From Tubiluchus corallicola (Eukaryota; Animalia; Priapulida), in the NCBI GenBank assembly GCA_030141605.1, contig JAQGDQ010000372.1, forward strand, positions 124,001 to 188,000: a DNA stretch of 64,000 bases, read 5' to 3'. The notes beneath the pieces are model-generated. The model was not told the origin of the DNA and did not search any database. It saw only the letters and a program-made list of their open reading frames with translations. Below, one piece after another: positions 58,256 through 64,000 of the stretch. Numbering within the stretch: position 1 is the first letter of the stretch; every line of letters begins with the position of its first letter. The position numbers and the translations under genes were made by a program.

Positions 58256-58709
58256 CCCTTTCATACCTGTTGTATCCTGTGGGATACGAGAATATTTTCT
58301 GCCTTTGAAATTAATAAAATTTTAAAACTGACGGTTATTTGATCTGTTAATAGTTATTTTGATTTAAGTCAATAACAATAGACTAAAATGGTGATAAAAT
58401 GGCAAACTAGAAAATCTACATTGCATAAAAAACTGCTCAAGGTACAGTACTTTAGAGACGACTTTGTACAGATCAGCATAGCATGAATACTAAACGTCTT
58501 GAATACTTTAAAAAATTATCAGCAGTTGCAAAATGAAGCACATTTTATGCTTCCATTGAATCCCAATGTATCTCGTGGGATACAGGCTATATTTAGCACG
58601 CGGGCACAGGTAGAAAAAAATTATTATGTGTAAACAAGATGGACATACTGAACAAAAGTACTAAATCAAAAAACATTTCTTATTAAAAAACAATTTGAGA
58701 CTGAAAGGG
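58256..58709 (-). mobile_element. piggyBac-type MITE, about 830 nt upstream of the TALE ATG
   Basis: TTAA TSD and CCCTTTCA TIRs; reverse-complement homologue of 10806-11244. Confidence 0.88.
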
Positions 58710-59414
58710 TTAACAAATAACCTGGGTATACCACCAGGGTATCGGTAGAACGTGTGTGTATCGGCGCTATGTGGGGGGTCATTTCTTCACCTAATTCTCA
58801 GTATACTTCAGGTTATATAATTTCTTTGCTGGTATACTGAACCTGTGTTATGGTCGTGCTTATGATGATGTTACTTTGAACTTGCACAAAGTTCAATAAA
58901 TTTAATAAACTTTAACTTGCACAATTACTTTAAGACACACATGGTCTGGTATCTATTTATACAGTGCGCGTGTAATTTAAGCTATGACATATCAAACTTT
59001 AATTGTCCCTGTAAACGGTGTTGATTCTTTGTTTAAATGTTTCATCATGTTTGTACTAGCGAGTCTTCCCCTGGGTCACCCCATAATGGGACCCCTCATT
59101 GTGATGTACCCGTATCAGGACACCCTAATTCAGTATCTACATTCTACATCTACGGAACAATGGTCAGCAAGTTTTGAACATAATTCATGAGTTGCGTCTA
59201 GGCAAGCCTGAAACTACTGACTCGAACTAACCTCTGAGTCAGCTAAGAACAAACGAGTGATCATCGTTGCTTGACCACTGGCTACTTGCTGGCCCGTTGT
59301 TTTGGACGCCTCGCCTGTTACTGGTTTTTCATTCAGTGATCAATGGTTTAATACAGTTTCAATGTGATACCACGCAAACGATTGTTTTGTCCCTGAATGA
59401 AAAGGTAGCCACGG

Positions 59415-59442
59415 GTCATTGGCTGGACAGGTATATAAGCAC
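59415..59442 (+). promoter_or_regulatory. Candidate core promoter of the TALE gene (inverted CCAAT + TATA box)
   Basis: ATTGG at ~59418 and TATATAAG at 59432-59439, about 100 nt upstream of the ATG. Confidence 0.45.
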
Positions 59443-59536
59443 AGGACATTTTCTTTGTCCGGCTTTTAAAAAGTGACATTGCAGCGTTACAGTAGTTACG
59501 AAGTGGAAAACAACTTTACATAATACTAAGTGTTCT

Positions 59537-62288
<2,752 letters not shown>

Positions 62289-62922
62289 TAGTCCAATGAG
62301 TTTATTATTGTAAATGAATCACGTGCAAAATTACGTGACCGGAAACGGTGTTTATTTACTGAGAATTATTTGACAATTTTTGTGCATCACTGTCATCATT
62401 GTTGTTGTCATCTTTGTCATCATCATCAGCGTCAGCATCACCGTCATGTCATCATTGTCATTGCAATCAATCATAATCATTCAGATTACATCTGACACAT
62501 TCTTTAGTTTTAGGACAATTTTCTACGAAAAAGTAGTAGAAACTTTAAGATAATTTATAAAAATGTTGCAAAAATATACAAAAATGTTGCAAAAATTTAT
62601 TATTTAACCAACGTTTGCCTGACACTTAGTCAACAGCTTTAGACTGATTTGCACCTGTAAATTAGAATGAAAAGTCGTAAAAACCTCACATAGATAGTTG
62701 CATTGCACTTACCAATCGACAGTCTTTTTAATTAATCTGCTGGTCAAATTAATTGTGATTATTTTGCGATAGTATGTGCAGCCTGAACCTAAAAATAGGC
62801 ATGATTTTGTGACACGTGCGTGTATTAGTATCTTAATTTTTATGTTGTAGTGAAATTGACGTTAAACTACTTATTTTATCTGAGAAATACGTTATTTGAT
62901 AGTAACTGTGATGACTTTTAAT

Positions 62923-63306
62923 CAGGGCCTATTTCGGGGGGGGGGGGGAGTGGGGATACTTCCCTGGGGCCTCGCGCGAAGGTAACATTTTTTTTACTTT
63001 ATGCGAACACACTGCCTCTCTCTCTCTCTCTCTGTCTGTCTCTTGCCGCACGCGCGCCGTTTACCAGTATTGACAAGTATTAAGAACTGGTCTTGAGAAT
63101 AAAGCAGTTTTTCTTTCAATTGTTCTTTCCTTTGACAACTGTATAATTCCATATTTTCTCTTGGAAATGCTTCTCCGGCATTCTAGCAGTTCAAAAATTT
63201 TCTGGGCGCCAACCATGGTGGAGCCCTCCATCCCAACACCCCCCACCCCCGAGGGGCCTCACACGCCCCACTTGCCCGGGCCTCGCTTAGGCTGAAATAG
63301 GCCCTG
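62923..63306 (-). mobile_element. hAT-type MITE (family A), inverted copy
   Basis: Perfect 13-bp TIR CAGGGCCTATTTC; 8-bp TSD CTTTTAAT; body is the reverse complement of the 18028 copy. Confidence 0.92.
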
Positions 63307-64000
63307 CTTTTAATAACGTCATCACATTTTTGACATTGATAAAATAACTTGACATTTTCGCATAACTTAATGCGTTATAGCAAAATGGTGTCTTATTATT
63401 ATTATAAACTGTGATTAATAAAAATGTTTTTTTGTGATTAAAATGTTGTCATATTCACGCTGTCGTCGCAAGTTTGCATTTTTGTATTTTAGAAGAAACT
63501 TTGTAAAGTAATAGAATGTTTGTGGAGAGTAGTCAAATACCAGGCACTTTCTCATAAATCTAGTAAATGAAGTGAACAGAAAATTATAGAATTACTCAAA
63601 CTAACACACAATTTATTAATAAGTTATTCGGGACTTGTTTGATTTGAGAGGAAAAAACGAGAATAATTATTATCATTATTATGAGTCTATTTCGTATAAA
63701 CAGTTTACAAAGATAAAGATGTTAGTAAAACAGGTAATGCGATGTTAGTAAAGTAACATATCTACAGAATTCAATTATTTTGTAAATTACTTAAAGAAAA
63801 GGTAAGAACATATAATAAATATTAAATATTTATTTCGTATAAAAATATACAGTTTACAAAGATAAAGATGTTAGTAAAACAGGTAATGCGATATTAGTAA
63901 AGTAACATATCAGACATTCAACTTTATAATAACCACACATTGTAGTTCCCTTGTAATTATAAGTATACAGTGTTGTAAGGAGCTATAGTAGATATCTTAA

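Overview
AT-rich, intron-containing animal genomic DNA, most likely a spiralian/lophotrochozoan invertebrate (inferred from the TALE gene type). Five protein genes can be spliced by hand with consistent GT-AG phases: (1) the last three exons of a + strand nicotinic acetylcholine receptor (Cys-loop) subunit (1-3360); (2) a complete, convergent, 7-exon divergent alpha-type nAChR subunit (- strand, 11307-23423, 481 aa); (3) 10-exon SUCLG2 (25496-43901, 428 aa); (4) NDUFS5 (50701-52985, 94 aa); (5) a 3-exon divergent TALE homeobox gene resembling the spiralian-specific TALE (SPILE) group (59537-62288, 312 aa). Introns and intergenic DNA contain several hAT-type MITE families with 8-bp TSDs, a piggyBac-type MITE pair, a pogo-type MITE, solo LTRs, LINE 3' remnants, a 5S rRNA-headed RTE-tailed SINE (2 copies), and many mini/microsatellites. 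Most long ORFs in the track are repeat artefacts. The most notable observations are a MITE carrying a captured piece of the neighbouring receptor exon with a newly formed splice acceptor, tandem repeats built from splice-junction-like units inside SUCLG2, an 8x CRE minisatellite, and the unusual residues of the receptor and the homeodomain. All calls come from manual reading; no database searches were run.
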